NCBI RefSeq assembly: GCF_000025125.1
Contig: NC_013771.1
Span: forward strand, 900,001 to 932,000
DNA length: 32,000 bases
Direction of reading: 5' to 3'
From: Candidatus Atelocyanobacterium thalassa isolate ALOHA
GTDB lineage: Bacteria > Cyanobacteriota > Cyanobacteriia > Cyanobacteriales > Microcystaceae
Of the stretch, positions 1 to 10,233 are shown in pieces. The translations under genes were made by a program, and so were the position numbers. The notes below the pieces were generated by a model. The model was given only the letters and a program-made list of their open reading frames with translations. It did not search any database and was not told where the DNA came from. Position 1 is the first letter of the stretch; the number at the start of each line of letters is the position of its first letter.

Positions 1-1742
1 CGAGTGCGAATATTCAAGGAGTTAGTTTCCATTTCTTTTGATCCTATAATTGCCATAACAGGAATCTTTTCTTTTTCTCCTTTTCGAATCATCTTCCCAA
101 GCCTTTCTCCCGAAGTATCAACTTCTGCCCTTATTTTTGACATAAGCATTGTTTGCATTACACCCTTAGCATAGTCAAGATATAAATCACTTACAGGTAA
201 AATACGAACCTGAACTGGAGATAACCATAAAGGAAAGTCACCAACGTATTCTTCAATTAGAATGCCAATCAGACGTTCTAAAGAACCAAAAGGAGCTCTG
301 TGAATCATGATGGGTCTATGTTTATCACCCTTTTCTCCTATATACTCTAAATTAAATCTTTCCGGTAAGTTGTAATCCACTTGAACGGTTCCTAGTTGCC
401 ATTCTCTATCTAAGGCATCTTGGAAAATAAAATCTAGTTTTGGACCATAAAATGCTGCCTCTCCTTCTGCCTCAAAATAGTCAATATTTAACATCTTAAC
501 TGCGCGATATATAGCATTCTGTGACTTTTCCCATACTTCGTCACTGCCAATATATTTATTAGAACTAGGATCTCGAAAACTTAATCTTGCCTTAAAATTC
601 TTAAGTTGTAAATTCTCAAAAACTGAAAGAATTAAATTTACAACATTAAGAAATTCATCATCTAATTGATCGGGGGTAACAAATAAATGAGAATCATCAA
701 CAGTAAAACCTCTTACACGAGTTAAACCACCTAGTTCACCTGATTTTTCATAGCGATAGACAGTACCAAATTCTGCTAATCGAACAGGTAAATCGCGATA
801 AGATTTTAAGTCACTTTTATAAATTTGAATATGGAAAGGACAATTCATAGGTTTTAAAACAAATCCTATTTCTTCACCTCTAGCGACTTCGTTGTCACTC
901 ATTAAAGGAAACATGTCTTCCTTATAGTTCTGCCAATGGCCAGAAGTTTTAAATAAGTCTACTTTACCAATGTGAGGAGTTACCACTGGAAGATATCCTC
1001 GTTTCAATTGTTCTTCTCTTAAAAAATTTTCTAAAACAGATCTTATTATAGTTCCTTTTGGAGTCCATAATGGTAATCCAGGTCCTACAGAATTCGAAAA
1101 AATAAACAAACCTAATTCTTTACCTAATTTGCGATGATCCCTTTTCAAAGCTTCTTCTTTGCGCTTTTTATACTCTACTAATTGCGCAGGGGTTTCCCAA
1201 GCAGTTCCATAAATGCGTTGTAATTGAGCTTTAGTCTCATCTCCTCTCCAGTATGCCCCAGCAACTGATTCTATTTCAAACGCTTTAGGATGCAAATTTG
1301 CAGTACTTTCTAAGTGAGGACCGCTACACAAGTCCCACCATTCCGATCCTAAATGATACAGAGTAATAGGTGGTTGAAGATTTTCAAGTATTTCTAATTT
1401 ATAGGGTTCCTGAATTTGAGCAATACGCTTTTTAGCTTCTTCTAGTGTAATTTCTTCTTTTATAACTGGAAGTTTAGATTTAATGATTTTAATCATTTCT
1501 TTTTTAATATTCTTTAAATCTTGATCTAAAAAAGGTTTGGAAATATCAAAATCATAATAAAATCCTGTCTCTGTCCATGGGCCAATTGTAACTTTAGCTT
1601 GAGGAAAAAGTCTCTGTACAGCCATAGCCATAACATGGGAAGCAGTATGACGAATACATTTTAGTTTATGAGATTCACTAGTACGTAGTAGCTTTATATC
1701 TTGCTGTTCTGATACTTCAGTTAATGTAGATTTTTTAACCAT
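1..1742 (-). CDS. thrS: Threonyl-tRNA synthetase, 3'-partial (C-terminal ~25-30 aa lie beyond the window start). It is the short cyanobacterial type that begins at the editing/SAD domain and has no TGS domain.
   Basis: Not in the ORF track because it runs off the edge, so I translated it by hand. ATG is the reverse complement of 1742..1740. Translation reads MVKKSTLTEVSEQQDIKLLRTSESHKLKCIRHTASHVMAMAVQRLFPQAKVTIGPWTETGFYYDFD...WWDLCSGPHLE...DHRKLGKELGLFIFS...MNCPFHIQIY...RVRGFTVDDSHLF...HRAPFGSLERLIGILIEEY...IPVMAIIGSKEMETNSLNIRT. The frame is open to position 1. The HxxxH/CxxxH editing motifs and class II motifs are present. Confidence 0.95.
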   Translation of the reverse strand, partial: MVKKSTLTEVSEQQDIKLLRTSESHKLKCIRHTASHVMAMAVQRLFPQAKVTIGPWTETGFYYDFDISKPFLDQDLKNIKKEMIKIIKSKLPVIKEEITLEEAKKRIAQIQEPYKLEILENLQPPITLYHLGSEWWDLCSGPHLESTANLHPKAFEIESVAGAYWRGDETKAQLQRIYGTAWETPAQLVEYKKRKEEALKRDHRKLGKELGLFIFSNSVGPGLPLWTPKGTIIRSVLENFLREEQLKRGYLPVVTPHIGKVDLFKTSGHWQNYKEDMFPLMSDNEVARGEEIGFVLKPMNCPFHIQIYKSDLKSYRDLPVRLAEFGTVYRYEKSGELGGLTRVRGFTVDDSHLFVTPDQLDDEFLNVVNLILSVFENLQLKNFKARLSFRDPSSNKYIGSDEVWEKSQNAIYRAVKMLNIDYFEAEGEAAFYGPKLDFIFQDALDREWQLGTVQVDYNLPERFNLEYIGEKGDKHRPIMIHRAPFGSLERLIGILIEEYVGDFPLWLSPVQVRILPVSDLYLDYAKGVMQTMLMSKIRAEVDTSGERLGKMIRKGEKEKIPVMAIIGSKEMETNSLNIRT

Positions 1743-1945
1743 TCACACCTGTTATTTAAATTTTTTATTCGGTTTATTATTTAGTAGAAGAGTAAAGAGA
1801 AGATTCTGACATAATCGGTATAGTAATTAACTATAGTTTAAGTATAAAAAATAGATTTTTTTAAATATAGAAATTTTTTATACTTTATGCCATAAAATCA
1901 GCTATTCTAGCAGGAAGAGTTTTTATAATTAGAATTATACTATCC

Positions 1946-3229
1946 GTGTTAGATCTTAAAAAAATACGAGAAAATCCAGAAATCATACAAACACTGCTTA
2001 ATAGTCGGGAGCCTTACCCGAAACATGATCTTAAACCTATTTTAAATTATGACAGACAACAAAGAGAATTAGAAGTTCTTCGCACTGAACTACAAACAAA
2101 AAGTAATGAGATTAGTAAATTAATTGGACAAAAAATAAAGAATGGACTGGATCCAACAGTAAAAGAAATTAGTAATCTTAGAGAACAAGGAAATAGCCTA
2201 AAGAAAAAGCTTTTTGAGCTAGAGCCAGAAGAAAAAAAGATAAAAGAAAAACTCGAAAATTTACTATTACAACTTCCTAACTTACCTGTTTCTTCTGCAC
2301 CTATTGGAAAAGATGAAACAGAAAATATAGAGGTAAAATCCTGGGGAGAAGAATATTTACCCAAAATAGAAGTATTACCTCATTGGGAAATCGCTGAAAA
2401 ACTTGGTATTTTAGAGGTAGAAAAGGCTGTTAAAATAGCACGGAGTCGTTTTGTAGCACTATTTGGAGTAGGAGCTGCTTTAGAAAGAGCTCTAATCAGT
2501 TATATGCTTGATCAGCATATAGCTTCAGGATATATAGAAGTTATGCCTCCTATCTTAGTTAATAGTAATGCTTTAAGGGGAACAGGACAGTTGCCTAAAT
2601 TTGCTGAAGAGAGTTTTTTTTGTCGTGAAGACGATTTATGGTTATCGCCTACCGCAGAAGTTCCTGTGATGAACCTCTACAGTAATGAAATTTTAGAAAA
2701 AGAAGCATTATCTATCAGACACTGTGCTTTTACTCCTTGTTTCCGTAGAGAAGCAGGAAGTTATGGAAAAGATACAAGAGGTCTTATCAGGCTTCATCAA
2801 TTTAATAAAGTTGAACTAGTAAAAATTGTTCATCCTCAAGACTCAGAGATAGAACATCAACGGCTAGTAGAAAATGTTGAATCTATTTTACAAAATTTAA
2901 AACTTCCGTATCGAATCTTAGAGTTATGTACAGGAGATTTAGGCTTCGGTGCGGCAAAATGTTATGATTTGGAGGTGTGGCTTCCTTCTTCTAATTCTTA
3001 TAGAGAAATTTCAAGCTGCTCTAACTGTTGGGACTTTCAAGCAAGACGAGCGAACATACGCTTTAGGGAAAAAGGACAAAAAGGTACTAAATATGTACAT
3101 TCCCTAAATGGTTCAGGACTAGCTGTAGGAAGGACTATGGCAGCTATTCTGGAGAATTACCAACAAGCTGATGGAACAATTAAGGTGCCTGAAGTTTTGC
3201 AACCATATCTAAAGCAAGATACTCTATAA
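1946..3229 (+). CDS. serS: Seryl-tRNA synthetase
   Basis: 427-aa ORF with a GTG start at 1946. It has an N-terminal coiled-coil arm ([12 protein letters not shown]...) and the class II core motifs ([53 protein letters not shown]). Confidence 0.96.
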   Translation: MLDLKKIRENPEIIQTLLNSREPYPKHDLKPILNYDRQQRELEVLRTELQTKSNEISKLIGQKIKNGLDPTVKEISNLREQGNSLKKKLFELEPEEKKIKEKLENLLLQLPNLPVSSAPIGKDETENIEVKSWGEEYLPKIEVLPHWEIAEKLGILEVEKAVKIARSRFVALFGVGAALERALISYMLDQHIASGYIEVMPPILVNSNALRGTGQLPKFAEESFFCREDDLWLSPTAEVPVMNLYSNEILEKEALSIRHCAFTPCFRREAGSYGKDTRGLIRLHQFNKVELVKIVHPQDSEIEHQRLVENVESILQNLKLPYRILELCTGDLGFGAAKCYDLEVWLPSSNSYREISSCSNCWDFQARRANIRFREKGQKGTKYVHSLNGSGLAVGRTMAAILENYQQADGTIKVPEVLQPYLKQDTL

Positions 3230-3395
3230 AAACTAAATTATTTGATTTGATTAACACATGTCTTAAAAATTAGTTGCAAAAATATACATGGTTTAAGTAC
3301 TAATTGCTTATTAATTTTTTGAAAAAATTATCTTTTAAGATAAGTATATTGGCTTAATTCTACATATTTAATAAGTAAAGTCTCAATTTTAGTAG

Positions 3396-3875
3396 CTATT
3401 TCACAGAAAGTTCTTGTAATTTTTCTAAAACAATTTCACCGTGGTTTTTAACTTTTACATTAAACCAAATGAAACTAATACTCTTGCTTAAATTAATTAA
3501 AAAAGTAGAACGAACAATGCCCATATATTCCCTTCCCATAAATTTTTTCAATTTCCAAACATCATACTTCTTTGCGACTTCATGATTGTGATCAGATAAT
3601 AACTCTATAGTTAGATCATGTTTGTTAATAAATTTAATATGTGACTTTTCAGAATCTGGGCTAATGCCAATAATTTTAGCCCCAAAAGATTCAAATTGAG
3701 GCATTAGTTCTGTAAACTCTTTAGCTTCTTTTGTACAACCAGATGTATTGTCTTTAGGATAAAAATATACAATTAACCATTTATTGGATATGCTCCCTAA
3801 ACAAAATTCTTTACCATCTTGGTTGTTAATTTTAAAATCAGGAGCAGGATCTCCAATGCTTAATAAATTTTCCAT
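3396..3875 (-). CDS. bcp: Thioredoxin-dependent peroxiredoxin, BCP/PrxQ type
   Basis: 159-aa ORF. The peroxidatic Cys sits in YFYPKDNTSGCTKEAKEF. The AhpC/TSA fold length is typical. There is no second Cys five residues downstream, so it is the 1-Cys-like PrxQ variant. Confidence 0.88.
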   Translation of the reverse strand: MENLLSIGDPAPDFKINNQDGKEFCLGSISNKWLIVYFYPKDNTSGCTKEAKEFTELMPQFESFGAKIIGISPDSEKSHIKFINKHDLTIELLSDHNHEVAKKYDVWKLKKFMGREYMGIVRSTFLINLSKSISFIWFNVKVKNHGEIVLEKLQELSVK

Positions 3876-4031
3876 ACAAAAAAATAAATGTATTAATAAA
3901 TAATACTTAAGAATATTACATAAATATGCCTTTGCATAATAATCTTATTAAAATATCACTTTTTAATTTTATTTAAGGAATAACACAATCTCATAATGAC
4001 TTAGTTTTATAAAAAATTTTAATAAAGCACA

Positions 4032-5303
4032 CTATAGTCTTTTTCTTTGTCTATGTTTAGATACTGATTCTACTAATCCTAATGCTATAAAATTAGTTAA
4101 TAGAGCTGATTTTCCATAGCTAAGCCAAGGCAGAGGAATTCCCGTAATAGGTGCCAACCCTACTGTCATACAAATATTAATAATTACCTGAAAGGATGTC
4201 ATTGATAAGACCCCTATAACTAATAAAGAGCCAAAATTTTCTTTTGCTTTAGATGCGACTACAACATATCTAAAACATATTAACCAAAATATTATCAGAA
4301 TTACTATGGAGCCAATAAATCCAAATTCCTCGCCTATCACTGAAAAGATAAAGTCTGTATGCTGTTCCGGAACAAAGTCTAACTGAGTTTGAGTTCCTTG
4401 AAATAAGCCTCTTCCCCATAGTTCACCTGAGCCAATTGCAATACGGGATTGTATTAATTGGTAGCCACCGCCTAAAGGATTTTTTTCAGGTTCTAAAAAT
4501 AAAGTCAAACGATCTTTTTGATAATCTCTTAATAATTCCCAAAAAATATTACTTAGTTTGCCTACTGTAAAATTTATAGTCATAATCCCTATTGTAGAGA
4601 TAAAACGATAAGGTAAAGTAACCCAAGAAATAATACCCATCACTATTGTCCAAACAATCCAGGCAATAAAAAAAATGTTGAATAGAATAGTTGAAATAAT
4701 AGGAGAAACCAGTAAAATTAACAAACCTGTATGTATGTTTGCCCAATAAAGCATTCCTAGTGTAATTGCTCCAAACACAAGTCCTGTACCCAAATCAGGC
4801 TGACACATTATTAAAACCCAAGGGATAAATGTTATTCCTAAAATTTGTAATACTGATACGATTTTAGTTCCATCGTTCTTATGTAACAACGCTGCTAAAG
4901 TAATTATTAATCCAATTTTTGCAAATTCTGAAGGTTGTATATTAAACCCCCAAATTTCGATCCAACTTTGAGCTCCATTAGCAGTTACTCCAAAAACAAT
5001 AACTGCTATTAATACAACATTTGTCAGACAGTAAATTAGCCAATGCCATATCATTAAATTTTTATAATTAAATCTAGCTATTGAAAGCATTATGACAAAA
5101 CCAATACTTCCTGATAACAAGTGCTGTAGATAGTTAGTAGAAGTTTCATTGATCTCTGTACTTTTAATAGTTAGTCCTCCTAAACTAGTTAAACTAACTA
5201 TAAGTATTAATAATAACCAATCAATTTCAAAAAAAATAGATAAACATGAAGAAAGAAAGTGTTTATATTTTTTTTGAAAATTGTATCTTTGTGGCCTTGG
5301 CAT
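4032..5303 (-). CDS. rodA: SEDS-family peptidoglycan glycosyltransferase, RodA type
   Basis: 423-aa polytopic membrane ORF. The segment DYQKDRLTLFLEPEKNPLGGGYQLIQSRIAIGSGELWGRGLFQGTQTQLDFVPEQHTDFIFSVIGEEFGFIG closely matches the E. coli RodA periplasmic loop (YQRQR..DPLGAGY.IIQSKIAIGSGG..GKG...GTQSQLEFLPERHTDFIF) and matches FtsW less well. Confidence 0.88.
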   Translation of the reverse strand: MPRPQRYNFQKKYKHFLSSCLSIFFEIDWLLLILIVSLTSLGGLTIKSTEINETSTNYLQHLLSGSIGFVIMLSIARFNYKNLMIWHWLIYCLTNVVLIAVIVFGVTANGAQSWIEIWGFNIQPSEFAKIGLIITLAALLHKNDGTKIVSVLQILGITFIPWVLIMCQPDLGTGLVFGAITLGMLYWANIHTGLLILLVSPIISTILFNIFFIAWIVWTIVMGIISWVTLPYRFISTIGIMTINFTVGKLSNIFWELLRDYQKDRLTLFLEPEKNPLGGGYQLIQSRIAIGSGELWGRGLFQGTQTQLDFVPEQHTDFIFSVIGEEFGFIGSIVILIIFWLICFRYVVVASKAKENFGSLLVIGVLSMTSFQVIINICMTVGLAPITGIPLPWLSYGKSALLTNFIALGLVESVSKHRQRKRL

Positions 5304-5392
5304 AATAATTACAATAATTACTTACATAAATAATATATTTTTCTAAGTCAAAAATTTGAAAGTTCAGATAGAATAAAATATTGTTATTTAAT

Positions 5393-6454
5393 TTACGCTA
5401 AAGCCATCATTGATACTTTGCCAGCAATTTTTTGAGCAATAAGTTTCAAAGCTTTGGCCGACGCTGATTGTGGATGTGATATTAAAATAGGTACTCCATT
5501 ATCTCCACCTTGTCTAAGAGAAATTTCTAAGGGGATAAGTCCTAACAAAGGAATTTGTAGTTCCTGTGATGCTTTCATCCCTCCACCAGATCCAAAAATA
5601 TCATAAGAATGATCAGGTAAATCTGGAGGGATAAAATAACTCATGTTTTCTACAATACCTAAAATATTGGTTTTAAGCTGTTCAAACATTTTAATTCCAC
5701 GATATGCATCTATCAAAGAGACATTTTGTGGTGTAGTAACAATAACGACCCCAGCCATAGGAACTGATTGTGCTAAAGTTAATTGAACATCTCCTGTTCC
5801 AGGAGGCATATCAACAATTAAGTAGTCAAGTGATCCCCAATTGACTTGATGTAAAAATTGACGAATAATTCCGGTTAACATAGGACCACGCCAGATTACT
5901 GGCTGACCAGGATTAATTAAAAAACCCATTGATACCATTTTTATGCCATTACTTAAAACAGGTTCTAAGATATCCCCTTCTGGTCTCTTTTCAACTGTAA
6001 CCTGATAGTCTTCTACTCCGAGCATAGTAGGTGCATTAGGTCCATAAATATCAGCATCAAGTAAGCCAACTTTAGCTCCCATTTGCGCTAAAGCAACTGC
6101 AGTGTTAACAGCTACAGTACTTTTGCCAACACCTCCTTTCCCACTAGAAACAGCAATTATATTTTTTACATTTGGTATAGACTGTTGGGTAGGCAAAGCT
6201 TTTTGCACTGGAGTTTCTGATGTTACGTTTATTTTAACCTCTTGAACTTCTGGTAATTCTTTTAATGCTTTTTCACAATCTTGAATAATTAGTTCTTTTA
6301 AAGGGCACGCTGGAGTGGTTAATACTAAGGTAAATTCAACCGTACTATCTTTTATTGAGACATTGCGAATCATATTAAGAGTTACTAAACTCTTTTTTAA
6401 CTCCGGATCTTGAACAGGTTGTAAAGCATTTAAAATTGATTGATGGTCAAGCAT
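5393..6454 (-). CDS. mrp: Mrp/ApbC/NBP35-family Fe-S cluster carrier ATPase, HCF101-like (N-terminal DUF59/MIP18 domain plus P-loop)
   Basis: 353-aa ORF with a DUF59-like N-terminus (TTPACPLKE) and a deviant Walker A (SGKGGVGKST). It has ENMSYFIPPD...IFGSGGG in place of the CxxC-containing ENMS.F.C..C motif, as in the plastid/cyanobacterial HCF101 clade. Confidence 0.9.
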   Translation of the reverse strand: MLDHQSILNALQPVQDPELKKSLVTLNMIRNVSIKDSTVEFTLVLTTPACPLKELIIQDCEKALKELPEVQEVKINVTSETPVQKALPTQQSIPNVKNIIAVSSGKGGVGKSTVAVNTAVALAQMGAKVGLLDADIYGPNAPTMLGVEDYQVTVEKRPEGDILEPVLSNGIKMVSMGFLINPGQPVIWRGPMLTGIIRQFLHQVNWGSLDYLIVDMPPGTGDVQLTLAQSVPMAGVVIVTTPQNVSLIDAYRGIKMFEQLKTNILGIVENMSYFIPPDLPDHSYDIFGSGGGMKASQELQIPLLGLIPLEISLRQGGDNGVPILISHPQSASAKALKLIAQKIAGKVSMMALA

Positions 6455-6951
6455 AATGATTCATTAATTTTTTATAAATTAAAAGCTAGTTGTTGCATTT
6501 ATTTATTAAATGTTAACTGGTTTCTATTTTATATGTTATTTTCCATGTTTTTGGAAACGATAATATACTTGGAACATATAAAGTCGATAAAAATATAAGC
6601 AACAGTAACTATTGTTATTAATATTTATCTGTCTAGCCGCTGTAACTATTTGGTCCTAAATTAGATAACTACTTGACAATTAGATATATTTTTATTCTCA
6701 TCTTTTTTAAATAGGAATATTTAAAAAATCTATTAAAAATAATAATATAAGATTCACTTAGTAAAAGTCTAAAACTTCATTAACAAGTCATTGTTTTTCA
6801 ATAACAGAGATAATAAATATATTCAAAAAATATATTATGTTAAATAGATTACTCTCTATTTTGAAGTCAGCTATCAAAAAAATGATAACTGACAGAATTT
6901 CAATAACCAGGATATAATTTAATGTGAAGCCATTATTAAAAAATTTATCAA

Positions 6952-7257
6952 ATGAATAATTCTGTTCTTAATGCCTTTTTCCTAGGTCGAGCATTTGCTG
7001 AAGTACTTAGTGAAAAAATTGAAGAATCTTTAACTAATACGCTTAGTGAGCTAAGCAAATTAAATGCTGAACAAAAAGAGATTTTAAATGATTTTGTTCA
7101 AGAAGTACAAACTCGTGCAAAAACAAATTTCACGCAAGATGATTTTAGTAATGCCACTGTAAATGATTTTTCATCAATAGATCTTCAAGAAACTATTGAT
7201 GATCTAAGGGCAGAAATTGCTCGTCTTAAAGTTGAATTAAAAAATTATCAAAATTAA
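6952..7257 (+). CDS. Small conserved hypothetical protein, predicted coiled coil
   Basis: 101-aa ORF with an ATG start. It has an amphipathic N-terminus ([21 protein letters not shown]) and a heptad-like C-terminus ([20 protein letters not shown]). It lies 53 nt upstream of the ABC1 kinase gene on the same strand. I recognise no family with certainty. Confidence 0.6.
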   Translation: MNNSVLNAFFLGRAFAEVLSEKIEESLTNTLSELSKLNAEQKEILNDFVQEVQTRAKTNFTQDDFSNATVNDFSSIDLQETIDDLRAEIARLKVELKNYQN

Positions 7258-7310
7258 AAACTTTAATTTTCAGAATTCTTACATGTAAAACTAAATATAA
7301 AATAAATTGA

Positions 7311-9032
7311 GTGTCTGCCTTACCTACAAAAGCTAGTTCTATACATATAAAGTTATCTACGAAAAGAAAAAAATACCATTGGAATAGTAATAATTATTCT
7401 AGTAACCGCCGTCGTTTAGATATTTGGTTATTTTTCTTATCTTTCATGTTTAAACTGTGGCTTAATAAGAAAAAAATTAGCTATAGAGGAGGATGGACCC
7501 AAGAAAAATTAATTAAGAGAAAAAAAATATTAGCAATTTGGATACGAGAAAAATTACTAGATCTAGGTCCAACTTTTATTAAAATCGGACAGCTTTTTTC
7601 AACGCGTGCTGATCTCTTTTCTTCTGAATATGTAGAAGAATTATCAAAGCTCCAAGATGAAGTTCCTGCTTTTGACTATGATGAAGTAAAAAAAATTATT
7701 GAAAATGATCTAGGAAAGCCTTTATCTCAGATCTTTTATTACTTTGATGCTCTTCCTATAGCAGCTGCAAGCCTTGGACAAGTTCATAAAGCCATATTAT
7801 ATTCAGGAGAAGAAGTTGTTGTTAAAGTACAACGTCCTGGTCTTACAAAGTTATTTACTATTGATTTAGCAATCCTTAAAAAAATTACCTATTATTTTCA
7901 AAATCATCCTAGCTGGGGTCGAGGAAGAGATTGGATTGGTATTTATAATGAATGTTATAAAATTCTTTGGCTAGAAACAGAATATCTTAAGGAAGGAAGA
8001 AATGCAGACACTTTTCGACGTAACTTTCGTAATAGAAATTGGGTAAAAGTACCACGAGTTTATTGGAGATACACTGCTTCTCGTGTTTTAACATTAGAGT
8101 ATCTTCCTGGAATCAAAATTAATAACTATAAAGAATTAGAAGCTTTAAGGTTGGAGCGCAAAATATTAGCTAGATTAAATGCAGAAGCTTATTTATATCA
8201 GATACTTAAGGATGGATTTTTTCATGCCGATCCTCATCCTGGAAATATTGCAATTAGTAAAGACGGAGCCTTAATCTTCTATGATTTTGGAATGATGGGG
8301 ACTATTGAGCCTGATCTTAATAAAAAATTAATGAATACGTTTATTGCTATCACTCAAAAAAATAGTGACAAAATAATCTTTTCTTTAATTGAATTAAATA
8401 TATTAGACCCCAAAGTTGATATTGGTCCAATTCGCCGCTCTATACAGTTCATGCTAGATAATTTCATGAATAAATCTATGCAAGAACAATCTATCAGTGC
8501 TATAGGTGACGACTTGTATGAAATTGCTTATAACCAATCTTTAAGATTTCCTGCTACATTTACTTTTGTTATCCGAGCTTTTTCCATGTTAGAAGGTGTT
8601 GGGAAAGGATTAGACCCTGACTTTGACTTTATGGAAATTGCCAAGCCCTTTATTTTAGATTTGATAAATTCTTCTAGTCAAAACACTAATAATCACTTAC
8701 TAAATCAATTTTCTAGCCAAATGATAGAACTTGGTAACGAGACTTTAGGTTTACCAAATCATATTAATACTACACTTAAAAAGTTAGATCAAGGTGATAT
8801 AAAATTAGAAGTTCGTTCAGCTGAATCAAATAGAATTTTGCGTCAACTTAAGATGATACAAATTGCAACTATTTTTGGAATTTTTACTAGTTCATTATTA
8901 ATTTGCACGACTCTCTTGTTTATTAATAATTATTTTAATCTAGCCTTGGCAACTATACTAATAGCATTGATACCACTATGGGTGGTGATTAGGATTGTAT
9001 ATAGAACTAAACGCTTTGACAAGCATTTTTAA
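7311..9032 (+). CDS. ABC1/UbiB (AarF-domain) atypical protein kinase with a C-terminal membrane anchor
   Basis: 573-aa ORF with a GTG start. ABC1 signatures are present: LGPTFIKIGQLFSTRADLF, AAASLGQVHKA, VVVKVQRPG, HADPHPGNI and IFYDFGMMG. There are two hydrophobic helices at the C-terminus. Confidence 0.92.
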   Translation: MSALPTKASSIHIKLSTKRKKYHWNSNNYSSNRRRLDIWLFFLSFMFKLWLNKKKISYRGGWTQEKLIKRKKILAIWIREKLLDLGPTFIKIGQLFSTRADLFSSEYVEELSKLQDEVPAFDYDEVKKIIENDLGKPLSQIFYYFDALPIAAASLGQVHKAILYSGEEVVVKVQRPGLTKLFTIDLAILKKITYYFQNHPSWGRGRDWIGIYNECYKILWLETEYLKEGRNADTFRRNFRNRNWVKVPRVYWRYTASRVLTLEYLPGIKINNYKELEALRLERKILARLNAEAYLYQILKDGFFHADPHPGNIAISKDGALIFYDFGMMGTIEPDLNKKLMNTFIAITQKNSDKIIFSLIELNILDPKVDIGPIRRSIQFMLDNFMNKSMQEQSISAIGDDLYEIAYNQSLRFPATFTFVIRAFSMLEGVGKGLDPDFDFMEIAKPFILDLINSSSQNTNNHLLNQFSSQMIELGNETLGLPNHINTTLKKLDQGDIKLEVRSAESNRILRQLKMIQIATIFGIFTSSLLICTTLLFINNYFNLALATILIALIPLWVVIRIVYRTKRFDKHF

Positions 9033-9281
9033 ATATTAGATATTCGTTCAAGACATAGTACTTAGAAAAATTAATCATATATGCTTTTTACTGGATGTAT
9101 ATAAGTGAAAATATATTAATAATAAAAAATTAATTCATAAAGAATTTACTCTTTAATTTTTTATTATTAAATTAAATGAGACTTTATAATATATTTTAAA
9201 TTTAAGGTAAGATTACATGTTAAGAACATTAACTTAGGTTAAAGCAGATTGTTTTTTAATTAATAATACTTAGAATAAACT

Positions 9282-9971
9282 ATGAAGATCAATACCGATG
9301 ATAAAACTATTGTTAAAAACTATTTTAACGCTATAGGATTTGACAGATGGCAGAATATTTACGGCAATGGGAAGGTCAATAAAGTCCAAGAAGACATTCG
9401 CTTTGGACATCAACAAACTATTGACACAGTATTAAAATGGCTAAAATCGGATGGTGATTTATCTGGACTAGTAATTTGTGATGCTGGATGTGGTGTAGGT
9501 AGTTTAAGTATACCTTTAGTAAAAGAAGGTGCGATAGTTAGTGCTAGTGATATTTCAGAAAAAATGGTTACGGAAGCGAGAAAAAGAGCAAATGATATAT
9601 TAGAAAACACTGATACCATTAACTTTTATGTTCAAGATTTAGAAACATTAAAGGGCAACTTTCATACAACAATTTGTCTTGATGTTCTAATTCATTATCC
9701 TTCTGATAATGCAGCTAAAATGATTAATCACCTAGCTTCGCTAACTAATTCTAGAATAATTTTAAGTTTTGCTCCTAAAACTTTTTACTTAACTGTTCTT
9801 AAAAAAATTGGTGAGTTTTTTCCTGGCCCTAGTAAAACAACTCGTGCATACCAGCACAATAAAGATATGATAATACAGACTTTAAAACAAAACGGTTTTA
9901 AGATTCAACGAACAGGAATGACTAGTACTAAATTTTATTATTCTCAAATTATTGAAGCAATAAAAGAATAA
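9282..9971 (+). CDS. chlM: Magnesium-protoporphyrin IX O-methyltransferase
   Basis: 229-aa ORF. The ChlM-specific N-terminus is present (VKNYFNAIGFDRWQNIYGNGKVNKVQEDIRFGHQQTID), as is SAM-binding motif I (VICDAGCGVGSLSIPL). The length is typical of ChlM. Confidence 0.93.
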   Translation: MKINTDDKTIVKNYFNAIGFDRWQNIYGNGKVNKVQEDIRFGHQQTIDTVLKWLKSDGDLSGLVICDAGCGVGSLSIPLVKEGAIVSASDISEKMVTEARKRANDILENTDTINFYVQDLETLKGNFHTTICLDVLIHYPSDNAAKMINHLASLTNSRIILSFAPKTFYLTVLKKIGEFFPGPSKTTRAYQHNKDMIIQTLKQNGFKIQRTGMTSTKFYYSQIIEAIKE

Positions 9972-10233
9972 ATATAATATGTTTATTTTATTTAATTCTT
10001 TGAGAAAGATATAAGTATTCTGCATCAACGAATTATTGGTAATAATTGATATAACAAAAAAATTAAGATGATTTTTGTATAAAAATAAGCTATGTAACTT
10101 TATTCTCAATAAATGTAAGTAAAATTTTTTAGATCAGTTATCATAGTATTTCATATTGTAAAAATTGAATATATTAAAAGTAACCTTACAAAATAATTTA
10201 AAATACTACAAGTTATATTAATTACTTATTTTG

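Noticed and set aside
1560-1742. ThrRS starts directly at the editing/SAD domain with no N-terminal TGS domain.
   Set aside because: This short architecture is the normal form in cyanobacteria (about 600-aa ThrRS). The start is a clean ATG and the HxxxH/CxxxH editing motifs are intact, so it is not a truncation.
5590-5660. The Mrp/ApbC homologue lacks the C-terminal CxxC cluster-binding motif, reading ENMSYFIPPDLPDHSYDIFGSGGG.
   Set aside because: Loss of CxxC is characteristic of the HCF101 clade of plastids and cyanobacteria, so this is family-typical and not a degenerate gene.
6837-6917. A 26-codon ORF (MLNRLLSILKSAIKKMITDRISITRI) in the long mrp upstream spacer.
   Set aside because: It is too short, has no recognisable homology or ribosome-binding context, and is the size of open frame expected by chance. 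It is mentioned only within the spacer finding.
9121-9163. AT-only inverted repeats in spacers that could be read as terminators. They are ATAAAAAATTAA/TTAATTTTTTAT at 9121-9163, AATGAATA/TATTCATT at 20673-20691, TTAAGTAAC/GTTACTTAA followed by a T-run at 20694-20727, and AATCATTT/AAATGATT at 28890-28913.
   Set aside because: The stems are almost purely A/T, with large loops or no proper U-tract. In DNA this AT-rich such palindromes arise frequently by chance, so I cannot support them as terminators without folding energies or 3'-end data.
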